Made by a program: the position numbers and the translations under genes. The notes under the pieces are model-generated. The model searched no databases. It was not told where the DNA came from and saw nothing but the letters and a program-made list of their open reading frames with translations. Below, piece after piece: positions 8,343 through 16,427 of a DNA stretch of 64,000 nucleotides. This DNA is from Gammaproteobacteria bacterium (GTDB lineage: Bacteria; Pseudomonadota; Gammaproteobacteria; Pseudomonadales; Azotimanducaceae): assembly GCA_963581445.1 (NCBI GenBank), contig CAUZON010000014.1:3672-67671 (forward strand), given 5' to 3'. The first letter of the stretch is position 1; each line of letters starts with the position of its first letter.

Positions 8343-8750
8343 ATGGCACTTTCAGCAAGCAATTTGAATGCTGGCGACACCTATACGGAGTCTCTGGTAG
8401 AGGATTTAAAACGTACTCAGATCGTGATGTATGCAGGGGCATCAGGCGACTACAACCCAGTACATACCGATGAGAAGTTCACCAAAGAGCTGGCGGGATA
8501 TCCCTCAGTTTTTGCACATGGCATGCTGACAATGGGCATGACCGGAACAATGCTTACTAACTATGTAGGCGATGGTCGACTGACCAAGTTCGGTGTGCGT
8601 TTCACAAGTCAGGTTTGGCCTGGAGATTCGTTAAATGCAACAGCAACTGTCGAAGACGTTGCTGATGGCATTGTGAATCTTAAAGTCGAAACCACTAATC
8701 AAGACGGTACGGTTGTGCTATCTGGTTATGCGGCTGCTCGAGTAGATTAG
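8343..8750 (+). CDS. MaoC-like (R)-specific enoyl-CoA hydratase subunit
   Basis: YAGASGDYNPVHTDEKFTKELAGYPSVFAHGM is the canonical MaoC hydratase motif. Confidence 0.88.
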   Translation: MALSASNLNAGDTYTESLVEDLKRTQIVMYAGASGDYNPVHTDEKFTKELAGYPSVFAHGMLTMGMTGTMLTNYVGDGRLTKFGVRFTSQVWPGDSLNATATVEDVADGIVNLKVETTNQDGTVVLSGYAAARVD

Positions 8751-8808
8751 TCCAGCGGACTGAATGAGGGTATTAAGTCTTAGGAATAGCCGCATTCGCA
8801 GAACTGTC

Positions 8809-8840
8809 AAAGTTAGGGAGCCGCAGGGTTCCCTAACTTT
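8809..8840. terminator. hairpin between convergent genes (bidirectional terminator candidate)
   Basis: AAAGTTAGGGA-(10 nt)-TCCCTAACTTT, followed by a T-rich stretch on the + strand. Confidence 0.55.
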
Positions 8841-8885
8841 CTCTTCTCTTGGCCTTCATTGCTTAGCTTGGCGCTGCCACTACCA

Positions 8886-9599
8886 CTACCACTTCTCTAC
8901 TGATGTTCGCAGGTCTAGTTCAAACGTCCAAGCGCGTTTCGGTTGGCTATACAAATAGTCGTAGCCATCAACAATACCGTCTATTGAAATCATCCCTTGT
9001 TCGCCTAATTTTTCGGCGTATTCGGGTAGATGTTTCTTAATTTTTTCGCCACCAATGGGGCCGTCTATCACGATATGTCCCACGTGAACGCCATCACGTC
9101 CATATTCTTTAGCCATGGCCTGAGCTAAGTTGCGTAGTGCACCTTTTGAAGAGTTAAAGGCGCCAAAGTTTTCTCTGCCCCTGAGAGATGCGCTTGCACC
9201 GGTAAATAGCAGCGTGCCACCGTTACCTGCGAAACGATTGACAGCTTCGCGACCAAAAAGAAAGCCGCCAAAGCAACATACCCGCCAGCTATTCTCAAAA
9301 AATTCTGCGGACATATCAGCGATACGGCCTGGCGTATTGTTGCCTGTATTGTAGATGGTTACATCTAGGTCAGCGCCTGCACGGTCAAATAAGGCCACGG
9401 TTTCCGCTTCATTTGTAGAATCTGCGACCACGGCTTCTGCACTGCCACCATTGGCTTCAATTACAGCTACTACGCTGTCCAATTTAGCCTGTGTTCTGCC
9501 CGCTACAAGAACGTGTAGGCCCTTTGTGGCGAAACGTATACATAACTGCGCGCCTAACCCTTCAAGGGGCCCAACGCCGCTGATGATTGCTTTTTTCAT
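8886..9599 (-). CDS. SDR-family short-chain dehydrogenase/reductase
   Basis: Rossmann motif ISGVGPLEGLG, TGNN, and the S...Y...K region (SSKGALRNLAQAMAKE). Confidence 0.85.
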   Translation of the reverse strand: MKKAIISGVGPLEGLGAQLCIRFATKGLHVLVAGRTQAKLDSVVAVIEANGGSAEAVVADSTNEAETVALFDRAGADLDVTIYNTGNNTPGRIADMSAEFFENSWRVCCFGGFLFGREAVNRFAGNGGTLLFTGASASLRGRENFGAFNSSKGALRNLAQAMAKEYGRDGVHVGHIVIDGPIGGEKIKKHLPEYAEKLGEQGMISIDGIVDGYDYLYSQPKRAWTFELDLRTSVEKW

Positions 9600-9601
9600 G
9601 T

Positions 9602-9883
9602 TTAAGACTCCGCTGGTATGGCTTGTTTAAATGGGCGAACGGCGACGCTTGCGAATAGCCCCGCTAAATAGTAAGGGTCGTTGTCAGCAATGGCTTTAGC
9701 ATCAGCTAAGCTTTCGGCAGTCATAAAAACGATGGAACCGATCATTTCACTTTGGTCATCGGAGAGCATGGGACCGGCAAAGCGCACTTCTTGGCTGCCC
9801 AGATATGCAAGGTGTTTGGGGCGCACGCTTTGTCTAAGTTCACTGCTGTTGGGTTTGTCTTGGCAAATTAGTACGTACAGCAT
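9602..9883 (-). CDS. YciI-family protein
   Basis: 93 aa. RPKHLAYL...GPML...GSIVFMTAESLADAKAIADNDPY is typical of YciI. It sits 2 nt upstream of the SDR gene. Confidence 0.8.
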   Translation of the reverse strand: MLYVLICQDKPNSSELRQSVRPKHLAYLGSQEVRFAGPMLSDDQSEMIGSIVFMTAESLADAKAIADNDPYYLAGLFASVAVRPFKQAIPAES

Positions 9884-10010
9884 AGTTGGCTCCTGTTGGA
9901 AATTTTGTGGTGGGGTTTGAGCAAGGCTTTTGCTTTGTTTAAGCCGGCGCTGATAGCGGGGCTTAAAGTTAGCGCTTTGCCCTTAAACAATTGTAAGGCG
10001 TTGAGTGTTG

Positions 10011-10065
10011 GCAGAGTCCGCTTGGTCTGGGCCTCAGGCTGAGGCCCAGACCAAGCGGACTCTGC
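10011..10065. repeat. 55-nt perfect palindrome (27-bp arms) 5 nt after the esterase stop
   Basis: GCAGAGTCCGCTTGGTCTGGGCCTCAG-G-CTGAGGCCCAGACCAAGCGGACTCTGC, checked base by base. No U-tract follows on the transcribed (minus) strand. Confidence 0.9.
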
Positions 10066-10069
10066 GAGC

Positions 10070-10996
10070 TCAATTTAAATGTGCTTTGAGTTTTTTAACT
10101 GCAGATAAGAAGGGTGCCCGAGAGCATTCAAACACTGCTGCTGTGCTGAAAAAGTCATGGACTAAACCTGCGCAACGTACCACTTCTGCTGTGCTACCTG
10201 CTGCATTCATTGCAGCGCCATAGGCTTCGCCCTCATCTCTAAGCGGGTCAAATTCAGCAGTCATGATTAACGCGGGTGCCAAGTTAGCTAAGCTTTCAGC
10301 TTGTATTGGCGATGCGTTGGGGTGCTTTCGTGCCGCCTCATCTGGGCAATAAGTATCCCAAAACCATTTCATTGTGGCTGTTTCTAGTATGTAACCCGCA
10401 CCATTCAATGCGTAGGATTCCCTACTTAAGTCATAATCAGTGACCGGGTAGAGAAGGCATTGAAAGGCTATAGTAGGACCGTTTTCGTCCCTAGCCATTT
10501 GGCTCATTACCGCCGCGATAGTGCCACCGGCGCTTTCACCTGCAACGCCAATTTTGCCGTTGCCGTTAAGTCGTTTTTGATTTTCTGCAACCCAACAAAC
10601 GGCCGCGTAGGAATCTACTACGGATGCTGGATATAGATGCTCGGGTGCCAAACGGTAGTCTACTGATACCACCACGAGGTCTGCCAATGTGGACAGTTCT
10701 CGGCAGACAGAGTCTGCTGTGTCGATATCACCAATCACCCAGCCGCCGCCGTGGAAGTACACAAGCACCCCGAAAGGGCCATCTCCAGTGGGGTGGTAAA
10801 CGCGTACTGGAATTTCGCCGAGAGGGCCTTCAATGTGGAGGTCCTCGATTTTACGCACCGGTAAATCAGGGTTTACAGGACGCATAGAACGATAAACGTT
10901 CCTGCCATCGGGTATCGGTAGATCTGCTATGCCCGGACCGGGGCCATTTTCTGCCAATTGATCAAACATGGCTTGATATTCTGGTGCTAGTGCCAT
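10070..10996 (-). CDS. alpha/beta hydrolase, hormone-sensitive-lipase-like esterase
   Basis: HGGGW oxyanion motif, GESAGG nucleophile elbow, and C-terminal DPLRDEG and HDF motifs. Confidence 0.9.
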   Translation of the reverse strand: MALAPEYQAMFDQLAENGPGPGIADLPIPDGRNVYRSMRPVNPDLPVRKIEDLHIEGPLGEIPVRVYHPTGDGPFGVLVYFHGGGWVIGDIDTADSVCRELSTLADLVVVSVDYRLAPEHLYPASVVDSYAAVCWVAENQKRLNGNGKIGVAGESAGGTIAAVMSQMARDENGPTIAFQCLLYPVTDYDLSRESYALNGAGYILETATMKWFWDTYCPDEAARKHPNASPIQAESLANLAPALIMTAEFDPLRDEGEAYGAAMNAAGSTAEVVRCAGLVHDFFSTAAVFECSRAPFLSAVKKLKAHLN

Positions 10997-11190
10997 TGAA
11001 ATTTCTCCTCTCGTCCCAAAATTAGCTCGGTGAAAGCTACACTAAAGCGTATAAGAACACTATATAGTAGCCACCTTTAGACACTGCGACAGTTTAGGCG
11101 TTCGTTCAAATTGAGCGAGAAAGATGCCCAAGTCACCGGTTTAGAGTTAAGATTAAAAATTGACTGATATAGATTTAATGGAGTAAACCG

Positions 11191-11790
11191 ATGACACGGT
11201 TAGACAGCGAGCAGGATGAGAAGTTAGCAGCGAAAGCAGCGAAGAATTCCAACAGGTTAGAAAACGTGTTGATGAAGAACCGAACACTGACATTGTTTGG
11301 TGAAATTAATCAGGATGTTGCCCGACGCACAGCTGAGAAACTGCTAGCGCTGGCTTTTGAGTCAGACGATCCGATTACTTTGTACATTGGTTCACCCGGC
11401 GGTCACGTTGAATCTGGCGACACCATTTTCGATATGATTCGCTTCATCAAGCCAGTAGTGCACACCGTGGGTACTGGTTGGGTAGGCAGCATTGCGACAC
11501 ACATTTATTTGGCGAGCGAAAAAGAGAATCGTTATGCGCTACCAAATACGCGATTTTTGATTCACCAGCCCAGCGGCGGATTTGGTGGTGACGCAACAGA
11601 TATTCAAATTCACGCTCGGGAGATTGTAAAAACTCGTGAACGCATCAACGGCATTATTGCTACTCAAACAGGACAACCTGTAGAACGCGTCGCTGAAGAT
11701 ACTTCACGTGATTATTGGATGAGTGCTGAAGAGTCCGTGGAATACGGGCTAGTTGGCAAGATCATCAGCGATATCAGCGAGATTGGTTAG
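11191..11790 (+). CDS. ClpP/TepA-family serine protease subunit (orphan paralog)
   Basis: S14 family motifs are present: YIGSPGGHVESG, the Ser in GWVGSIATH, the His in LIHQPSGG, and the Asp in SRDYWM. No clpX or clpA gene is adjacent. Confidence 0.8.
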   Translation: MTRLDSEQDEKLAAKAAKNSNRLENVLMKNRTLTLFGEINQDVARRTAEKLLALAFESDDPITLYIGSPGGHVESGDTIFDMIRFIKPVVHTVGTGWVGSIATHIYLASEKENRYALPNTRFLIHQPSGGFGGDATDIQIHAREIVKTRERINGIIATQTGQPVERVAEDTSRDYWMSAEESVEYGLVGKIISDISEIG

Positions 11791-11893
11791 GCGTTTTTTG
11801 TCAGGCTTCTTAGTTAGGCTTTCTTAGTCAGACGTCTTCGCTAAGGTAGCCGCGGTTGGAGGCTGTTGAAGCTAGTAAATGCAGATCATTTGC

Positions 11894-11919
11894 AAAAAAA
11901 GCCCTTCGGGGCTTTTTTT
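11894..11919. terminator. bidirectional Rho-independent terminator
   Basis: AAAAAAAGCCC-TTCG-GGGCTTTTTTT lies between convergent genes. Confidence 0.85.
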
Positions 11920-11973
11920 GCCTTTTGCCTTTCCCGCCTCTTCTGTCTTTTCCGTCTAGCAGCTTCCTAACAA

Positions 11974-12594
11974 CTAGTTTTGCTGCAAAAGCGCTTGAAC
12001 CTCGGTTTCTAGTGCAAAAATGTGCGGGTCGTCGATGGCTCGAGCGCGAAGTGCTTGAGCAAGTTCCAATAGGTACTCAGTATTTGTACCGCTAGGGCCG
12101 ATGCTATGAAAAATTTCCTCAGCGATTTGCTTAATGGGTGCTGGCCCGCGGTAGGCCTCGTTGTTTTCATCGGCTATATAGGTAATGCCTGGGACCCCTT
12201 TTTGGTTTTCTGAGGTGGTTTCTGATCCCAGCTTCAAACTCAAAGTAAGCCGGGCGTAGCCATTTTTTTCCCGGTGATCTAGCTGCGCGAAAGTTTGCTC
12301 AATTTCTTCATTGCTGACCAAATAAGCAACGCCATGGCATTGCCCTTGAGGATCGGGCGCAAGTGTAACCACGCGACCTGGGGCCTCGGGTGTGCCTCTG
12401 TGGTCCTCTGAGCCCTGCCAAAAACGTCTTACGTAACCGTCTATTCTTGCTGGTTGTGCTTCTATGAATGGCAGCTCCGGCTTCCAGATAAGCGATCCAT
12501 AGCCAAATAGCCAAGTAGAAGGTTGCTCATTAACTAGGTCTGTTGCTGGGTTCTGAGTTTGGGTTTTCCGATCAACCTGCTTATTTACTGTCAC
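11974..12594 (-). CDS. chaC: ChaC-family gamma-glutamylcyclotransferase (glutathione-specific)
   Basis: WLFGYGSLIWKP motif, GxPxxPGRVVTL, and a downstream catalytic-Glu region typical of ChaC. Confidence 0.82.
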   Translation of the reverse strand: MTVNKQVDRKTQTQNPATDLVNEQPSTWLFGYGSLIWKPELPFIEAQPARIDGYVRRFWQGSEDHRGTPEAPGRVVTLAPDPQGQCHGVAYLVSNEEIEQTFAQLDHREKNGYARLTLSLKLGSETTSENQKGVPGITYIADENNEAYRGPAPIKQIAEEIFHSIGPSGTNTEYLLELAQALRARAIDDPHIFALETEVQALLQQN

Positions 12595-12751
12595 TTATGA
12601 TGTCCTAGCTGCTAAGGAGTTGGCGTAACCGCGATTTGTGAATTTTACTTGAGACCTTAACGCTCAGCTCTAAATAAATGGCTAAGAAAGATTTCTTTCG
12701 CGGGTTAAGTGTCTGCAGTAGGACCGCAGTTTGAGCGAAAACTTTGCTTAC

Positions 12752-12777
12752 AGTAAATTCAAAGAGTAAATTCAAAG
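12752..12777. repeat. perfect 13-nt direct repeat x2 (AGTAAATTCAAAG)
   Basis: Read directly. It lies in the divergent intergenic region between chaC and the enoyl-CoA hydratase gene. Confidence 0.9.
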
Positions 12778-12885
12778 GATAGCAGGGAGAAGAATCCAAG
12801 CTCTAATAAAGGCTTATAACTAAGCTCATGGCTTGAAATACATTGACGCGGCGTGACGAAACCATGCGGCAGTAGGGGAAAAATA

Positions 12886-13731
12886 ATGACTTACAGCAAT
12901 TATGAGCTGATAAAGGTAGTAGTGGCTGGTCGAGTGGCAACTGTGACCATAGATAACCCGCCTATTAATCTCATCACGCAAGCGCTTTTTGCTGAGCTGC
13001 GGGATTTAGTGGGTGCATTAAAAGACGATCCGGATTTGACCGTAGTGGTATTTAAGAGTGCGGATCCAGATTTCTTTTTGGCGCATTTTGATGTGTCCTC
13101 CATTTTACAATTTCCAATCGACAGCCCAGCAGAAAAGGCTACCGAAATCAGCGCCTATCACCTAATGTGCGAACGCCTGCGCACTATGGACAAAGTCACT
13201 ATCGCGCAGATTGAAGGACGTGTCGGCGGTGGTGGCAGTGAATTAGTTTCTAGTATGGACATGCGTTTTGGTGTGAAAGGCAAAACGGTTGTTAATCAAA
13301 TGGAAGTGCCTCTAGGTATTTTGCCGGGCGGTACGGGCACCCAGAGACTGCCGCGGTTGGTAGGCCGCGGACGCGCCATGGAGATTATTTTGGGCGGAGA
13401 TGACTTAGATGCGGAAACTGCTGAGCGTTGGGGTTATTTAAACCGCATTTTTGACCCGGTGGATATTGAAGCCCATGTGTATGCACTAGCTAATCGTATC
13501 GGTAGTTTTCCTGTCGAGGCTGTGCGGCTGGCTAAGGCCTCAGTCACTGCGGCGGAGTTGCCCCTGGCTCAGGGTTTACAAGAAGAAGGCTATTTGTTCG
13601 CGCGATTGCTCAGAACGGAGTCTGCTCAGACCAATATGCGTGAATTTTTGGAGATTGGTGGGCAAACCCGTGAAGGCGAACTCAAAGTAGGTGAGCTTGC
13701 GGCTGCGTTGGGTAAGCCTAAAATCGATTGA
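12886..13731 (+). CDS. enoyl-CoA hydratase/isomerase family protein
   Basis: Crotonase fold (VVVFKSADPDFFLAHFD, IAQIEGRVGGGGSEL). Start taken at ATG 12886 with GGGGA RBS. Confidence 0.85.
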   Translation: MTYSNYELIKVVVAGRVATVTIDNPPINLITQALFAELRDLVGALKDDPDLTVVVFKSADPDFFLAHFDVSSILQFPIDSPAEKATEISAYHLMCERLRTMDKVTIAQIEGRVGGGGSELVSSMDMRFGVKGKTVVNQMEVPLGILPGGTGTQRLPRLVGRGRAMEIILGGDDLDAETAERWGYLNRIFDPVDIEAHVYALANRIGSFPVEAVRLAKASVTAAELPLAQGLQEEGYLFARLLRTESAQTNMREFLEIGGQTREGELKVGELAAALGKPKID

Positions 13732-13903
13732 TCGATTTAGCTTTTCAGGCGTTGAACGTGTTTGGGCAGTGCAGGCCTTTTTTTAGTCAGTCGCCCTCAC
13801 GTTCTAAAATTTGAGTAGAAAATAGTCGCCAGACTCTTTAGCGAGTTTGGCAACTATCTCTATGCGGGAAGACGATTTCCTAAGCCGGCGATTGCGCAGA
13901 TAA

Positions 13904-14083
13904 TCTTGGCGCTTGGGCGCTGCATATGATGTGAGCAATAACGTTGCGCTCTTTGTCGACTACACCACTGCCAATGACATAGATTTTGGTGGCATTCCTG
14001 AAGTCGCAGACGGAACCAATAGAATTGATCCAAATGAGATAGACCTCAATACACTATCATTTGGCTTGAAGTACTCGTTCTAG
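13904..14083 (+). pseudogene. C-terminal remnant of an outer-membrane porin
   Basis: The frame reads SWRLGAAYDVSNNVALFVDYTTANDIDFGG...LNTLSFGLKYSF-stop. This is a typical porin beta-barrel C-terminus ending in Phe. The frame is closed by TAA at 13901 and no upstream barrel sequence is present. Confidence 0.6.
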
Positions 14084-14245
14084 AGTAGCTTCTCCAAGTA
14101 AGAGGGGAGAATCGCTTAAATTGGGGTGCCGTAAAAGACACTAAGATTTCGATAGTTAGAAACGTTGGGCCGGGCCCCATATATTCTAAGTCCAAAATTC
14201 TCTTGCCAAGACCCTATTGCAAAAGCTTTTTTTGAAGTCGTATAT

Positions 14246-15109
14246 TTATTGGGACTTGTTGATGATCCAGTCGGAGGGGACAAATTCTATGTCGTAACAT
14301 TCGGGAATATCTTCGTCTATATATTGATTGATATAGGCAATCAGACTGCCAGCCTGAGTTATGAATTCCCCTTTATAGAATTTCAAAATCTCAGATAAAT
14401 AGATTTTCTTTTCCCCAGCTACAACTTTGAGGTTGCTCGGTGTAGCAAAAAATTGTTTGGCTTCTCTGTTTAAAACTTTATCCAACGATGATTCTGCAAA
14501 GGGTGCCTGGGGCAAAACCGGGCAGCTTATAGACATGCAATTCAATGCAAAATGTATTCGTGGGTCGGCTAGCGCTCGAATTTATTTTTCGTACTTATAT
14601 AATGACTTTTTGCGGTTGGCGACTCGATATCGTTAGAAAAAGAGGAATTTTACCTTTATCAGACCGGCATTGGTGTGATGAATACCATTTTCTAATACCG
14701 CAAACTTCGCAATGGCGTTGTAGGCATTGATACGGTGGGCAAGTCTTTGGTCCGGTTTCGAGAATGCTTGTTGCGGGTCAGTCTCAGCCACGTAGCGAAC
14801 GTAGCGGTGTAGTCGTTGTGTGTTGTTTTGTACGCCTTTGAAATCTACTTGGCCATTAGAGTTAACATGTTTTTTTAACACGTTGGCCCAGTCGTCAATG
14901 GGGTTGCTTGCACCGATTTTGTTTGCGTTTGAATTGTCTGCGCTTTGAATTGTTTCGGGAACGTTTACCACCGCACTACCAGTTGTTATTAAAAGCAAAC
15001 TCAGAGCTTCGATGAAAGCTAAAAGTTGTCGAGTAAGGTTTGGGGTAGAGCTTTGGCCGACTAAATTTTTTCCTATTGCGTGCATGTTATTTTTCCTCAC
15101 CACTAACAT
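14246..15109 (-). pseudogene. DUF547-family protein interrupted by two in-frame TAA codons
   Basis: Track ORFs 14633..15109 and 14246..14545 are in the same frame. Read through, the sequence is ...RINAYNAIAKFAV...KVKFLFF*RYRVANRKKSLYKYEK*IRALADPRIHFALNCMSISCPVL, matching DUF547 motifs. The stops are at 14633..14635 and 14582..14584. Confidence 0.7.
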
Positions 15110-15356
15110 TGTTGTCTGGCTTTCATTTTAGCCTTCTCTTCGCGGTATCTCGCTTTTTGCTCCTACCGTTGGTCGGAGTGACGGCTTACTGAGGAGGTGT
15201 TTGCAGGAAAATTTGGCAAATGGCGTCGGATGCCGGTGGATACAGGTTAAAAAAATGCATAAGTTCGGGCTAAGTGTTGAGTGTGAGGCCGGTTAAGTTT
15301 TTTCAGTTGGCCAGAAAGTCATCGGCAGCAGAATGAAAAGCGTAGATAGGCAGGTG

Positions 15357-16427
15357 TTAGGCGTACCGCTTGATCAATGACTGCGCGGCTAGGGCAAAAA
15401 TAATTGTCGGCAGCGCAACGGCTATGATTGAGGGCACGCCAAACACTATGGCTGTGGGTGCAAAGAGATCTTGTAGATATTTGAAACCTAATCCGACGAA
15501 GATGCCAATCGTCAGGCGTTGCCCCATGCCTGAGCTGCGCAGTGGGCCAATCACTATTGCCAGCGCTAACAGCGCCATGCCAAAAAAAGTCAGGGGTTTG
15601 AGTAGTCGAGACCAATAAACAAGCTCGTATTCAGTGGCTGAAAAATTTTGTTGATCGAGGAAAGCGATCTGATTATGAATACCTATCAATGGCATTTTGC
15701 GTGGCTCTAGAAACGCTTGGCTAGCTAGGAGCTTGGGCGTCATGGGAGTTTGCCAGAGCATCTGCGAAAAATTTTCCGCCTGAGTAGCAATATTGTCAAG
15801 TTGGGTACTTCTGCCGTTGTAGAGCATCCAAGTTCCGCTGCCCTCATTATATTTTGCAGATTCTGCGCGCAGGCTTTGCGTAAGTTGATGCCGCTCATTT
15901 ACGGAATAGCGCACGACACCCAATAAATCACCATTAGGCTTTAAGCTACTAATTTGTACATATTCACCGCCATCCCGGAACCACAGCCCACCTTTTCGGC
16001 TTAACGCGTCTTCGCCATACTGCGCCTTTTGTTTAGCACGCTCTCCGGCTTGCTCTCCCAAGGGCGCCAGATACTCGCTCAGACTAAAGCTCACGCACAG
16101 GCAAATAATGAGGGACGGAATTAGCCCTGCTAATAGTCGCATTGGCGATACGCCAGCGACCCTTGCGGCTGTCAGTTCGCCGTTTTCTGCAAGGCTGCCG
16201 AGAGACAGTAGATAGCCAAGAAATACGCAGTAAATGAGTAACTCGTCAATTCTTCGAGGCAGAGTTTGCGCCATATAGATAAGCGCATCAATAAACCCAT
16301 AGCTGGCCTGACTTTCGCCTAGCTCCTCAAACAGTGCAAATAGGCTGGTAATACTGACTAGCGATAACAGGGTCAGAAAAACTGCAAGGGTGGCGACCCG
16401 AGTTAGGTAGCTATCGAGAATTTTCAT
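15357..16427 (-). CDS. LptF/LptG-family (YjgP/YjgQ) permease
   Basis: 356 aa with six TM segments and a central periplasmic domain. The C-terminal IGPLRSSGMGQRLTIGIFVGLGF resembles LptG. No partner lptF or lptB gene is adjacent. Confidence 0.75.
   Translation of the reverse strand: MKILDSYLTRVATLAVFLTLLSLVSITSLFALFEELGESQASYGFIDALIYMAQTLPRRIDELLIYCVFLGYLLSLGSLAENGELTAARVAGVSPMRLLAGLIPSLIICLCVSFSLSEYLAPLGEQAGERAKQKAQYGEDALSRKGGLWFRDGGEYVQISSLKPNGDLLGVVRYSVNERHQLTQSLRAESAKYNEGSGTWMLYNGRSTQLDNIATQAENFSQMLWQTPMTPKLLASQAFLEPRKMPLIGIHNQIAFLDQQNFSATEYELVYWSRLLKPLTFFGMALLALAIVIGPLRSSGMGQRLTIGIFVGLGFKYLQDLFAPTAIVFGVPSIIAVALPTIIFALAAQSLIKRYA

Noticed and set aside
14582-14635. The two TAA codons in the DUF547 gene as programmed readthrough or recoding
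   Set aside because: TAA is not a known recoding codon in bacteria and no stimulatory context was seen. Two independent nonsense mutations in a decaying region is the simpler explanation.
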